A DNA stretch of 64,000 nucleotides, taken from the NCBI GenBank assembly GCA_963716175.1, contig OY970296.1, positions 800,001-864,000 of the forward strand, given 5' to 3'. Within the stretch, counting starts at the first letter, position 1; each line of letters opens with the position of its first letter. Under the pieces are notes generated by a model, which was not told the origin of the DNA, made no database searches, and saw nothing but the letters and a program-made list of their open reading frames with translations. The position numbers were made by a program, and so were the translations under genes. Shown here piece after piece: positions 1 through 9,908 of this stretch. The stretch comes from an uncultured Armatimonadetes bacterium. GTDB taxonomy: Bacteria > Armatimonadota > Hebobacteria > Hebobacterales > Hebobacteraceae.

Positions 1-1020
1 CTTCACTGTCTGTGTGATCGCCGTCGCGGTGAAAGTGAGCCCCAGCTCCTCCGCCAGGGATCGCCCGGACTCGGTCAACGTGTACGAAGAGCGCCCGACT
101 CTCCGCACCAGGCCCGCGCTCTCAAGCCACTTGAGCCGGTAGGATGTCTGATAGGTCGTCCGCCATCCGTGCTGGACTCCCAACCGGGGATGGAGTTCGG
201 CTACGCTCGCCGACCTGTCAGGGTAGATGCGGGCCACCAAGTCGGCGACCCCAGCGATCCGTTGCACCAGCAGCCGACCAACAACGAAACCGTCACCGGT
301 TTCGGCGTACGCGGTGCCGTCCGGAGTCAGCATGACGGAGCCGTCGGGCCCTTTCCGCAGGAGGCCGAGCTGCACGGGGACCCAGGCGTAAGTGGCGGAC
401 GCTTTCCGGCCACGTAGATGGTACTGAGCTGCCAACCAGGCGGCCAGCCTCTGCCTGTTCACTGAGCGACCGGCTGCAGACTCAGCGGCCACATACCTGA
501 GCATCGAGCGGAGAGTTGCTGCATACGCACCAGCCCCTCCCGGCAGCGGCCAGAGGGCCGTGCGCGAAGCCGCATCTGAGACAGAACTCAGCGGGCCAGA
601 GCCTGGTGCGTCGGTACTCGGAAGGTGCTCGCGCACGTCCCCAGAGACCGCGCCGGGAGTGGGCCTCGTCGCTGCCTCCTGGATCTCCTTGAGGGTACGC
701 CCGGACTCGTCCTTCCACTCGATCCGCCCGTTGGCAGAACGCCCTAGTACTGCGATAGCCGCCATCGATGGTGATGAGAAGACGTGGTCTTGCCTGAACT
801 CGAGATGCCTGCCGGCCCGCCTAAGGATACCCTCGGTCAGCAGCTCATCGCGCAGTCGCACACAAGCTGGCTCCAGAGACGGAACTGGCTCGAGTACGGC
901 CTCGGAACCCCGAAGGACAACAAAGCCGTCCTCCACTGGGTGGCCTCTGGCCTTGATTCCCTTGCTCTCGATGATCAGCACTCGTGCTGGCCTCCGGCCC
1001 CAGAGCTGCCTGGTAGCCAC
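1..1020 (-). CDS. DUF4357-like domain plus winged-helix region (Mrr/restriction-associated type); runs off the window's left edge and is absent from the ORF track
   Basis: Manual translation is open from ~1020 (GTG) to base 1: GFVVLRGSE...FSSPSMAAIAVLGRSANGRIEWKDESGRTLKEIQE, then LWPLPGGAGAYAATL and GWRTTYQTSYRLKWLESAGLV; start uncertain. Confidence 0.7.
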   Translation of the reverse strand, partial: MATRQLWGRRPARVLIIESKGIKARGHPVEDGFVVLRGSEAVLEPVPSLEPACVRLRDELLTEGILRRAGRHLEFRQDHVFSSPSMAAIAVLGRSANGRIEWKDESGRTLKEIQEAATRPTPGAVSGDVREHLPSTDAPGSGPLSSVSDAASRTALWPLPGGAGAYAATLRSMLRYVAAESAAGRSVNRQRLAAWLAAQYHLRGRKASATYAWVPVQLGLLRKGPDGSVMLTPDGTAYAETGDGFVVGRLLVQRIAGVADLVARIYPDRSASVAELHPRLGVQHGWRTTYQTSYRLKWLESAGLVRRVGRSSYTLTESGRSLAEELGLTFTATAITQTVK

Positions 1021-1763
1021 AGCAGCAGCGGTCGGTCACAGGGCTCCCACCGAAGTACTTGGCCGAGGACGTCGAGCGCGCGTGCGACATCGCGCCTGAC
1101 GAGACGCTCAGGGGAAGACGGTCCAGCGAGCGCAGACTTGCAGGGGCTGTGCCGGCACGCGAACTGAGAACGATACTGTGTTGCGGCCGCGTTGCCGACC
1201 CTACCGTCTGAAGGCCACCGCGATGGCGCGGTGATGCCCAACCGGGCATCCTGCCGCGGCGCTTGTAGCCTTGGCGCCGACATCCATCCTGGCTCGCCGC
1301 CAGTCTCGCCGATGGCCTCGCCCACCACGATCACCGGATCCCCTCTCCCAGTATGCGCGTCGCGCAGGGCTCATGGAAGGCGGCTCAGGAGGACGACTCA
1401 GCGGGGTGATCGCCTCTACTCAGTCTCTTCGATGTAGTGCGCTCGTAACCTGCCGGGGACCGCCTATAGCAGCCGATCTGACGTAGAACCGCCCCAACTC
1501 TGTCCTGACGGTCTGTCCTGCTGTATCGTGGGCACTCTATTTCGCTGGAGGCTGGAACCACAAGATGCGCGCAGCCCGCCGACCTAGACCCGACGGAACC
1601 CCGGCCGTGACTCCAAGCCAATGGGGTAGCCGGAGTCGGGGTGCCCGGGGCCGTCGTCCAGGATGCGTCGGCGGAGTGGGAGGGATTACCTGCCGGCACA
1701 AGCCAGAGTCGGAAGAGGGGCAAGCACGACTAGGGCGAATCCTCACCGTAAGAGGGCTGGGCT

Positions 1764-2894
1764 GTGAAGCGCGTCAAGAGCATCGCTTACCGCTACCTTA
1801 CGGCCGCCGAGTTCTTCAACATCTATAAGCCGCGAGGAACGGAGCAGAGCGGCGGCGGCCAGACGTACATCGATTTCCCTATCCACGCCATACCCGCTGA
1901 CGCGTGGCCCGGTTTCTTTGGAGGCGTGAATGGCCTAGAGACGGGCCAGCGGACATACGGCCCTGAGTGGCGATTCCCCGTTGGCAGCGTCGGCGTGGCT
2001 CCGCAGAACCAGGCCGGGGATCAACAGGCTAGGATATACCAGCGGCGCGCGCAGAGCTTCACTATATCCGGCCAACACATCGAAGCCGACAGAGTAGCGG
2101 CGTGGCGTCCCGACCACGGCTTCCCGCAGCCCGCTAACCCAGAGGATCGGGACCAGCTACCCGAAGGGCTGTGTGTGTACCTGGTTCGCACGAGCGAGGG
2201 CGAAGTGTGGGCAGGCTGGTCCATCAACGGCGATGCACATCCATCGCCCTGCCAGGACGAGGCGGCAGAGGCGCTTCTGCACGAGATGCTTGACCCGGCA
2301 CGGAAAGCTGGTGACGCAGGTATCATAGCAGTGGAGGAAGGGACTCTGCTTCTCGATGAGGCGAACGCGCAGTCCCCGTTCACGGCGTCTCCAGTGGCCA
2401 AGGCCGTGATCACCGCAATCGCCGACGTTACGCAGGGCGATGAGGGAGCAGACGAAGGCCTTATCGGACGGCTCTTCGGGGAGGATGTCACTCGCGAGGG
2501 GAAGACTCAGCCCGACGTCATTCAGCGGGTACGGAAAACATACCGCCGGAATCAGAGGGCCGCGAAAGACCTAAAGGACCTTTACGGGTACGAGTGCCAG
2601 GTGTCCCACGAGCAGGGCTTCATGAAGGCCAACGGGTCTAGGTACATCGAGGTACACCATCTGGTACCACTTGGCGAAGACGGCGACGATGATCCTCTGA
2701 ACATGATAGTCGTCGATCCCAGAATCCATCGCATGCTTCACTACGCAGACGTTGACGGCGTCGAACTCCAGAACATCGAGCAGGCGGCCGATGGTACCGC
2801 CTCCCTCCAGATAACCATCAACGGCCAGCCGTATACCATCCGCTGGCACCCGGCGCATGCTGAGCGGATACTCCAACACCAGGGGAACCAGTAG
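1764..2894 (+). CDS. HNH endonuclease, putative restriction enzyme
   Basis: C-terminal LKDLYGYECQV...YIEVHHLVPLGEDGDDDPLNMIVVDPRIHRMLH; convergent with two MTases. Confidence 0.8.
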   Translation: MKRVKSIAYRYLTAAEFFNIYKPRGTEQSGGGQTYIDFPIHAIPADAWPGFFGGVNGLETGQRTYGPEWRFPVGSVGVAPQNQAGDQQARIYQRRAQSFTISGQHIEADRVAAWRPDHGFPQPANPEDRDQLPEGLCVYLVRTSEGEVWAGWSINGDAHPSPCQDEAAEALLHEMLDPARKAGDAGIIAVEEGTLLLDEANAQSPFTASPVAKAVITAIADVTQGDEGADEGLIGRLFGEDVTREGKTQPDVIQRVRKTYRRNQRAAKDLKDLYGYECQVSHEQGFMKANGSRYIEVHHLVPLGEDGDDDPLNMIVVDPRIHRMLHYADVDGVELQNIEQAADGTASLQITINGQPYTIRWHPAHAERILQHQGNQ

Positions 2895-2896
2895 AC

Positions 2897-3982
2897 TTAC
2901 TTCAGCCGGACGTGAATCAGGTACTCCGTGACGGTAGGAAGGAGCCTGCTGTTGTTGCTCTTGAAGCGCTTGTGGCTGAACGTCTTCACCGTGACGTCGC
3001 CGAACTCCAGGAATAGCTCCCTGAGTTGCTCGACGTCCAGAAGGCCATCTTCACTGTAGCTGACAAGGAAATGCGGGCAGCGCATGCGGGAGAACACCGC
3101 GCGGAACGAATCCCGTATCCGCGTCTTGGTGCAGAAGTTCGAATACTGGTCCCGCCAGGGGCGCAGGCCGCTGACGCCGATGGCCTCCGGTTCGTCCTCC
3201 CGCGCGAGCGTCTCCAGTACGTGGTAGTTAGCCGCGTACTGCCGCTTCATGTACGGCGGGTCGATGTAGCACAGATCGCACTCGATCTCAGCCGCCACAT
3301 CCTCCGCGTACCCCTGGAGAACTCTGTGGCGACCAGCATCATCAGGCAGCACAAGCGGCGTTCGTGTCAGTTTGAGCGGCTCGTTTGCTCTTCCTGCCAG
3401 CCGTGAGAGGTAGTGCCCGTATGTTCCCGCGATGTTAGCCACATCATTGGCGGCCATGATGAGGTCATGGAGCAGGAGCGAGTGTTCGAGGTCGCTGATC
3501 TGCCGACTCTCACGGAGCCATCGGACGCACGCACGCATGCCGTCTATCTTCCGCGCATTCTCAGGCGAGAAGTAGTTCCGCGGCTTGGGCGTGTTCTGGG
3601 GCCGGCCGTCCCTGCTGAACTCCCGCCAGAAGTAGCCCTCCTGGGGACTGACTAGGTTCAGCGCCTGAATCATCGCCTCATACGGAGCGAGAGGAAAGAG
3701 CGTTTGGTGTCTTCCTCCGGGAAGCACCTGCTCGATGAACCCCCTCGCGTCAGCGAACTCCGGCATCGACGAGAACAGGAGCATCACCCGTGCATGGTGG
3801 TACGAGTACGTCATAAGGTCATTGGCCGTGACGCGGTATCCCTGTTCTCTGAGTGCCACTGAGACAGCGGCCGTTCCGCACATCAGGTCAGCGACGTGCG
3901 CGCGGTCGCCAACGGCCTCCCTGGTAGCCGTCAGCACCTCGTCTATGACCGCGGTTTTGACACCGATATACCGGAAGCCCAT
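2897..3982 (-). CDS. D12-class N6-adenine DNA methyltransferase
   Basis: MGFRYIGVK, ADLMCGTAAVS, YIDPPY, LVSYSEDG; start trimmed to ATG 3982. Confidence 0.9.
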   Translation of the reverse strand: MGFRYIGVKTAVIDEVLTATREAVGDRAHVADLMCGTAAVSVALREQGYRVTANDLMTYSYHHARVMLLFSSMPEFADARGFIEQVLPGGRHQTLFPLAPYEAMIQALNLVSPQEGYFWREFSRDGRPQNTPKPRNYFSPENARKIDGMRACVRWLRESRQISDLEHSLLLHDLIMAANDVANIAGTYGHYLSRLAGRANEPLKLTRTPLVLPDDAGRHRVLQGYAEDVAAEIECDLCYIDPPYMKRQYAANYHVLETLAREDEPEAIGVSGLRPWRDQYSNFCTKTRIRDSFRAVFSRMRCPHFLVSYSEDGLLDVEQLRELFLEFGDVTVKTFSHKRFKSNNSRLLPTVTEYLIHVRLK

Positions 3983-3995
3983 GCCGAGAGTCCAC

Positions 3996-5909
3996 CTACT
4001 TCGCAAAGATGTCGCGGATGCTGATCGTTCTGAGCGCGCGGACAGGGATGAGCTGTTCGACGCCCTCGAGCGTGCTGTAGATGAACCCATAGTCGCGCCT
4101 AGTCAACCCGTACAACTCGGCCACCATACGTTCCACACGGGCATCGACCGCGCCGGGTATGTCCTCACCCCGGGCCGTGTAGGCCTTCAGCAACTCCGCT
4201 ATCGACAGCACCAGATGCTTCTTGCCGCCGTTCAGGATGAACTGGGCAGGCAGAGGGAGGCCCAGAACCTGCGTCTGCGTCAGGTACGGATGGGACCGCC
4301 ACTCCGTCTCCCCATAACTCTTCACCAGGTAGTAGTACAAGGCCCTTGAGTTGAGCAGCCCCAGGAAGAACTCCAGTGGCAGAGATGCACCTTCCGCGTC
4401 GAGCGTCCGGAAGATGTAGACCACCTGGTTGGTGAATGCGCCAGAGTAGTCCATAGCCGCCGATATGCCCACCCCGGTCTTCCGGACGACGAGCTTTGGC
4501 TGTCGGTACAGGTTCCGATCCTTGTACTTGACGCCTTGTCTGGACGTGTCAATCCACAGCGCCGGCTGCGCGTGATAGCGCCTCACGCTCTCGCCCGTGA
4601 GGATGGCCTCATAGCCATCAACTGGCTCCCTGCTGGTGATCCGCACGATGGCCTCTGGGGTCACTGCCACCGATGCGCCGCAGTGACGGCACACAGGCCG
4701 CCGCGCGCTCGGGAGGGCTACCCACAGACCACAGGCCCCGCACTGACATACCCTCCCCGATTTGGACAGTTCCACCCCTCTGCTGCTCCACAGGTGATCA
4801 CGGAAGTGACTCCCCTGCGCTCGGAACTTCCGGAGGGTGGCCTCCTCGTCAGCCGTGATGTCGATGTCGAAAAGGTAGTCCGGGTTGTGAAGCAACCTCT
4901 CCTGCGCGACTGAGTGGCGCAGCAGACCTTCCGCCTCACGGAAACTCATCTGGCCCCCGATGATCCGCCGTCTGATCTCTGGAGTCAGCCGAAGGCACTC
5001 GGTTCGGGACTGCACATCGGGCTTGCCCTTCCGGCAGATAACGACGGCACATGCGCGGTTCACGTCGCTGAATATCCTCTCGCCGAATCTGCCGACGAAG
5101 CGGACCTGTGTCTCCTGCAGGAGTAGCTTCCGTAGAGATGTTCGCTCAAGGTTGAAGAGCGAGTCCGGCACTATGAAAGCGATGTACCCGCCCGGCCTGG
5201 TGATGGACAGCGCCAGTTCCATGAACAAGTCCGAGGTGTCGAACTGGCCCTGGAGGAGTGAGAAGTCCCGTCGCGACAGCCGCTCCCTGTAAAGCGAGAT
5301 ATCGGCCCCCCACGGTGGATTCGCTATCACTACGTCGAAGCCGCCCGGAGCGCCCATCCGCTCCCTGATCGCCGCCCACCCATCGCCGAGGGACCCCTCG
5401 CCAGATGGTGCCAAAGCATTGGCAGTGACCAGATGGAGGCAGCCGCTGCGTCTGCGCCGCGGCGGGATCAGTGCCCCAATTCGGGCCTCGGCGCGGGCGA
5501 CAGCAACCGAGTCGGCATCCACGCCGCAGAGGACAACACGCGGGTCGGTAGCCATCAGAGCAGCATGCAGTCCGGGCTGATCTTGTGAGAGCGCGAGGAG
5601 TTCTTGCCAGCAGGCGACGAGCAGTTCCCCGTCCCCACACGCAGGGTCGAGCACGCGCCACTTCCGTGGGTCAGGCAGAGCAGAACCGGACTTCAGCGGG
5701 CTATCGCCGAGGAAGTACCCTACGACCTTCGTCGCCACATAGCGGGCCAGGTCGCCAGGCGTGTAGACACTGCCGTTCAGCTTTCGTGCCTCGTATGTAT
5801 CGGGTACCGCTTGGAGGCCATTCGCCTGCCGAAGGAGGGCACTAGCAGGCTGCGACCGCACGCCGCGTCTGTGAGTCTCCCTCGGTGGTATCAATGCTCC
5901 GTTCGCCAT
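3996..5909 (-). CDS. Eco57I/TaqI-like N6-adenine DNA methyltransferase with C-terminal TRD
   Basis: GSVYTP, VLDPACGDGELL, FDVVIANPPW, FLGLLNSR (TaqI_C-like). Confidence 0.9.
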   Translation of the reverse strand: MANGALIPPRETHRRGVRSQPASALLRQANGLQAVPDTYEARKLNGSVYTPGDLARYVATKVVGYFLGDSPLKSGSALPDPRKWRVLDPACGDGELLVACWQELLALSQDQPGLHAALMATDPRVVLCGVDADSVAVARAEARIGALIPPRRRRSGCLHLVTANALAPSGEGSLGDGWAAIRERMGAPGGFDVVIANPPWGADISLYRERLSRRDFSLLQGQFDTSDLFMELALSITRPGGYIAFIVPDSLFNLERTSLRKLLLQETQVRFVGRFGERIFSDVNRACAVVICRKGKPDVQSRTECLRLTPEIRRRIIGGQMSFREAEGLLRHSVAQERLLHNPDYLFDIDITADEEATLRKFRAQGSHFRDHLWSSRGVELSKSGRVCQCGACGLWVALPSARRPVCRHCGASVAVTPEAIVRITSREPVDGYEAILTGESVRRYHAQPALWIDTSRQGVKYKDRNLYRQPKLVVRKTGVGISAAMDYSGAFTNQVVYIFRTLDAEGASLPLEFFLGLLNSRALYYYLVKSYGETEWRSHPYLTQTQVLGLPLPAQFILNGGKKHLVLSIAELLKAYTARGEDIPGAVDARVERMVAELYGLTRRDYGFIYSTLEGVEQLIPVRALRTISIRDIFAK

Positions 5910-6125
5910 ATGACCGCTTCGTGTTCGGAATCTGTCAGAGTGCGGGGGCCGATCTTCCGCCAGGCTCCGCTAGACCATACCATACATGATTCTTGCATTG
6001 CGAGCGGGATTCCTGCTAGCCTGCGCCTGCTGACCAACCTGCGCCCCCGGTTAGCGCCCATGCCACTCTGCACTCTTCCTCTCGTGTGGCTGACTGGCAG
6101 GTGCGGTTGCCTCATCTACAGCGGG

Positions 6126-6494
6126 TCAGGCATCGCCAACCTGCTCTCCATGCTCGGCAGTCCAGTTCGCAAGAGACGTCCCCGGCTCGTATCCTGTGCC
6201 CACCTGGACGCCGTAGACCAGGATCGAGTCCTGAAGCAGCTTCGACAGGCTCATTCCGTGACTTCCGGCGAGCTCCCGCATCCGCTCGGCGAAGTGGCCG
6301 CGAATCGTCACGGTGAGCATTTGGCCGTGCGCACGTTGCCGCGAACGGCGCGCTACGTGCGCCTGTGTCGGGCTTTCGGCCGCCGGTTGGGGTTGTCCCT
6401 CGCGCTGCTGCTGTTCGCGGCGCTGTCGCCATGTCTGGGCGGCCTGTTGGGCTCCAGCATGGCGTGAGGGAAAGCCTGGACCCAGGACGCGCAA
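6126..6494 (-). CDS. Possible small ribbon-helix-helix protein
   Basis: LTVTIRGHFAERMRELAGSHGMSLSKLLQDSI fits a strand-helix-helix pattern; start uncertain. Confidence 0.3.
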   Translation of the reverse strand: MRVLGPGFPSRHAGAQQAAQTWRQRREQQQREGQPQPAAESPTQAHVARRSRQRAHGQMLTVTIRGHFAERMRELAGSHGMSLSKLLQDSILVYGVQVGTGYEPGTSLANWTAEHGEQVGDA

Positions 6495-6903
6495 AGGCAG
6501 ACTCCTTGCCTACGTGAGGGGGTTCGTAGGCGCGATGGGAGCCTGCCCTGAACGGCGTACTCCGGACCGAGCTGGGCCACCTGCTCCAACATGCCGGACC
6601 ATGTTGCCCTAAGCAGCCAGGGTGCTCGGACCCGACCCAAAGACCCAAAGTATGCCAAGCAACTCGGTCCGCCCCCCCGCGGGACAGCCGGGCAATCCAG
6701 GAGAGAGCCTGGTCGGGGCTGCGTCGGGCATGCGATGTTGCAGGGAACCCCCGATAGAAGCCCCATTTCCGCGTGTTCCTCGGCGGCTGGTGGGTTGACC
6801 CATCTCGGCCTCGACCTCCTCTAGGAATCGCCGCTAGGCGAGCATCTGCGACCAAGAACGCCACGCTACGAGGCGGTCATGCCTGGCCGGGGTCGGTTCG
6901 GCT

Positions 6904-7106
6904 CGGGCTGACGATCTCGACCGCGACGTAGCCGCTTCGCTCGGCGGTCCAGCCCTGCGGGAAGGGGCGGGGAGCGGGTACCTATGGTGGTAGGAGCCGA
7001 TGTTGATGCCCAGCTCCTGCACCTTGCTCTGGGGCAGGAAGCACTCTATCTCGACTCTCCAGGTGTAGCTCTCTGCCGTGCTGCTCACCGTCTGTGTCTG
7101 GCCCAT
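6904..7106 (-). pseudogene. Amidoligase-family (Amidoligase_2-like) N-terminal relic
   Basis: RBS GAGGAG then ATG 7106; WRVEIEC...IGSYHH, a one-base shift, then PFPQGWTAERSGYVAVEIVSP, after which similarity ends. Confidence 0.55.
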
Positions 7107-7152
7107 CCTCGTCCTCTCCTCAGTATCAAGCATCTGTTTGCATCGCCACTCA

Positions 7153-7182
7153 CATTCATCCCTCAAACGGGCCACAAGTCAA
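7153..7182 (-). promoter_or_regulatory. Promoter-like motif TTGACTTGT...ATGAATG
   Basis: Upstream of the amidoligase relic; a similar copy lies at 27409-27439. Confidence 0.45.
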
Positions 7183-7377
7183 GGTCAAGATGAGTGGTTT
7201 CTTGGGGAGGTAAGGCAGTCCGGATGACCCCTGTCTGGGACAGAGGGTGAGCAGTCATGCCGCGTCGAATCATGGCGTGTCGGGCCGCCGCCGAGGTAGG
7301 CGGCGCTGACACGGCAGAGTAATGCTGGATCGTCGCACGGTTCGTGGGGGGCCAGGGTACCCAGGCAGAGACGCCAG

Positions 7378-8283
7378 ATGAGACCCAACCAGTTCGCGGC
7401 AGCCGCCCGCCTAAGGAGGCAATCGAGAGGCGGGCAGTTCGTCACTGAGGGCGGCGTGAAGCACGCTGCTGAGAACCGATATTGGGTGAAAGGGGCCACG
7501 GGCAGGCTTATGGATGGAGAGACGACCTTCGTGCAGGAGGCGAGGGCCGCCGCGACCCCTTCGGCGTTTGGGTGCGCGATGATCGCGCAGCAACGGTACA
7601 CCGACGCGGAGATACTAGAGGCGCTCAGGGAGAGGGGACTGCACAAGACCCAGAAGGGGCCGAGCATCGGGAGGCCTATCACGCGCGATGACCTGAGGAA
7701 GTGGCGAAATCTGCTACAGCAGGGCAGATACCTGAAGTATGGCAGGCCCGCGTTCCGACTGGACGAGGTCCCAGAGCGGCCTGCCGAGGTTGGCCGACCG
7801 GGTGGATCTGAGACGCTCCGGAGAGGCCTAGCCCAGCTGTCAGAGTCGTCGACGGAGGAAGAGGCGCGCACAGTCATAGACGGTTTGGCACGAACGCGCC
7901 GCGAGACATCTGACAAGACGGCCGCCGAGCTTCTCAGAATGCTGTCCACGATGCCCGCCTATCCCCGCTCGGAGGTTAGGCGGACAACCACCACCCGCAC
8001 CAGGAATGTCAGTCTGTCGCGTCTACTCAAGGAGCTCTACCGGGGCCGATGCCAGATCTGTCGGCGGACCTTCGCGACTGAAGACGGCTCCCCGTACTGC
8101 GAGACCCACCACATCAACCCTGTCGGACTGGAGACAGCCCGGAATCTGCTCGTCCTATGCCCCACATGCCACAGGAAGATGGAGTACGCGCGGGTTACGG
8201 GGGCGCGTTCAATCCTCACCCGGAGAGAAGTGACTATCAACGGGAAACTGCATGCGGTCACGGTACATGAGGCCCATCGGTAG
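7378..8283 (+). CDS. HNH endonuclease (true start perhaps 7579)
   Basis: LKELYRGRCQIC...YCETHHINPVG...NLLVLCPTCHRKME. Confidence 0.8.
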   Translation: MRPNQFAAAARLRRQSRGGQFVTEGGVKHAAENRYWVKGATGRLMDGETTFVQEARAAATPSAFGCAMIAQQRYTDAEILEALRERGLHKTQKGPSIGRPITRDDLRKWRNLLQQGRYLKYGRPAFRLDEVPERPAEVGRPGGSETLRRGLAQLSESSTEEEARTVIDGLARTRRETSDKTAAELLRMLSTMPAYPRSEVRRTTTTRTRNVSLSRLLKELYRGRCQICRRTFATEDGSPYCETHHINPVGLETARNLLVLCPTCHRKMEYARVTGARSILTRREVTINGKLHAVTVHEAHR

Positions 8284-8526
8284 CGCATGTCGCATACGTT
8301 GAGTCCTACTCGGTCACCACAACTTCGCGCCGCCAGGCGACAGCCCAACGCGAACGGTCGCCACAGGGTCTCACGTGTCTGGCCAGACCCCGCCGCGGCT
8401 GAGCGGGGCCTGTCTCGGCGAGGCTGCCGTGGCTGTCACTCGGTCATCGCGTCCAGGCCCCACACGAACACCAGCAGCCCGTCCACGAACTTGGCCTGAT
8501 CTGCCGGCGAGAGCCGCGATGCAATC

Positions 8527-8681
8527 TCACCCTTGAGGCAACGGCGACGCGGCGAACCCCGCCACCAGCTTCCCCACTGCCGCCAGCTTCGTCCTCGTGT
8601 CCGAATGCAGGTAGCGGGCTGTGGTCTGCAGGTCGGCGTGCCCGAGAGCGCCTGCACGGTCCGCATGTCGACACCGCGATC
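8527..8681 (-). pseudogene. Tyrosine recombinase C-terminal fragment
   Basis: DRGVDMRTVQAL followed by frameshifted GHADLQTTARYLH (box II His and catalytic Tyr). Confidence 0.7.
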
Positions 8682-8916
8682 GGGGGGGCCGGCGGCGACG
8701 GTGGCATCCTGGGCAATGGACCGCACCCACACCTCCACCTCACTCTCAAGCGCGGCCCTCAAGCCAACGTGACGCGCCGTTTTCGCGGCTTGGGGGGAAG
8801 AATGCTGGGAATGCCGCGATTCCGGCATTCCCGGCCGTAGATTCGCCTTGACGGGTTGGCCAACATCCGCCCTAGTGTCTTATCGGCAGTTGGCCGGGAG
8901 CCAGAAGGAGGCAAGG

Positions 8917-9825
8917 ATGGCGAGAAGGCAGCGGCACGATGGGCGGTCGGACCAGCGGGAGCTGGCGGAGTTCCTGGGGGCGCTGGCACTGGAGGGGCGG
9001 TCGGCGCACTCGGTGCGGTCTTACCGCAGGGATCTGGAGGCGGTGCTTGCGGCGCTGCGTCGGCCGCTGGACGAAGTGCGGCCGGCGGACCTGCGGGAGT
9101 GCTTCCGCAGCCAGCAGCAGGCCGGCCGATCGCCTTCCAGCATCAACCGCGCTATTGCCGCCACGCGCTCCTTCTGCCGCTTCCTCTTCGAGGAGGGCCG
9201 ACTGGAGACGAACCCCGCGCAGGCGCTGCGCTCCATCCGCCTGGGTCCGGCGCTGGCGCCCAAGCATCTCTCCGTCGCCGAGGTTCAGCACCTGCTCTCC
9301 CTGCCTGACATCGCCACGCCGACGGGCCGGCGGGACCGCGCCATCCTGATGCTGCTCTACAATACCGGCCTGCGGGTGGGAGAGCTGTGTGCGCTGAGCC
9401 GGGAGGACGTGCGCCTGCCCGCCGAGGGCTGGGGCGCCCTGCAGGTGGTGGGCAAGGGCCGGCGGCTCCACCGGCTGCCCATCAACCGCCCCGCGGCCGA
9501 CGCCCTGCTGGGCTACCTCGCCGACCGCGAGGACCCGGAGCCGGCGCTCTTCCTGAATCGCAATGGGGATCGGTTCTCAGTGCGGGGCATTGCGCTGCTG
9601 GTGAATCGCTACCTGCGGGCGGCCGGCATCACCGATCGCTCCGGCCCACACCTGCTGCGCCACACCTTCGCCACCCATGCCCTGCGCGCCCGGCCCAACC
9701 TGCGGGCGGTGCAGGAGTTGCTGGGCCACGCCTGGGTGACGACCACCCAGCGCTACACCCATCTCGAGGTGGAGGACCTGCAGGCCCAGGTTGCCGACCT
9801 GCCGGCGAACCGCTGCGCGTCCTAG
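8917..9825 (+). CDS. XerC/XerD-family tyrosine recombinase
   Basis: RBS AAGGAGG; TGLRVGEL, GKG, HLLRHTFATH, LLGH, TTQRYTH. Confidence 0.92.
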   Translation: MARRQRHDGRSDQRELAEFLGALALEGRSAHSVRSYRRDLEAVLAALRRPLDEVRPADLRECFRSQQQAGRSPSSINRAIAATRSFCRFLFEEGRLETNPAQALRSIRLGPALAPKHLSVAEVQHLLSLPDIATPTGRRDRAILMLLYNTGLRVGELCALSREDVRLPAEGWGALQVVGKGRRLHRLPINRPAADALLGYLADREDPEPALFLNRNGDRFSVRGIALLVNRYLRAAGITDRSGPHLLRHTFATHALRARPNLRAVQELLGHAWVTTTQRYTHLEVEDLQAQVADLPANRCAS

Positions 9826-9908
9826 TCGGAGGTTGGCGCCGCTTGCTGAGCCCATACGACGCATCATGGGCTCAATGCGTCAGCACGGCGGCCCGTCCGA
9901 TCCACAGG

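Noticed and set aside
1030-1760. Several short overlapping ORFs
   Set aside because: No recognisable motifs or RBS; likely intergenic or decayed sequence
8917-9825. Integron integrase
   Set aside because: Lacks the IntI-specific insertion between boxes; no attC cassette array seen
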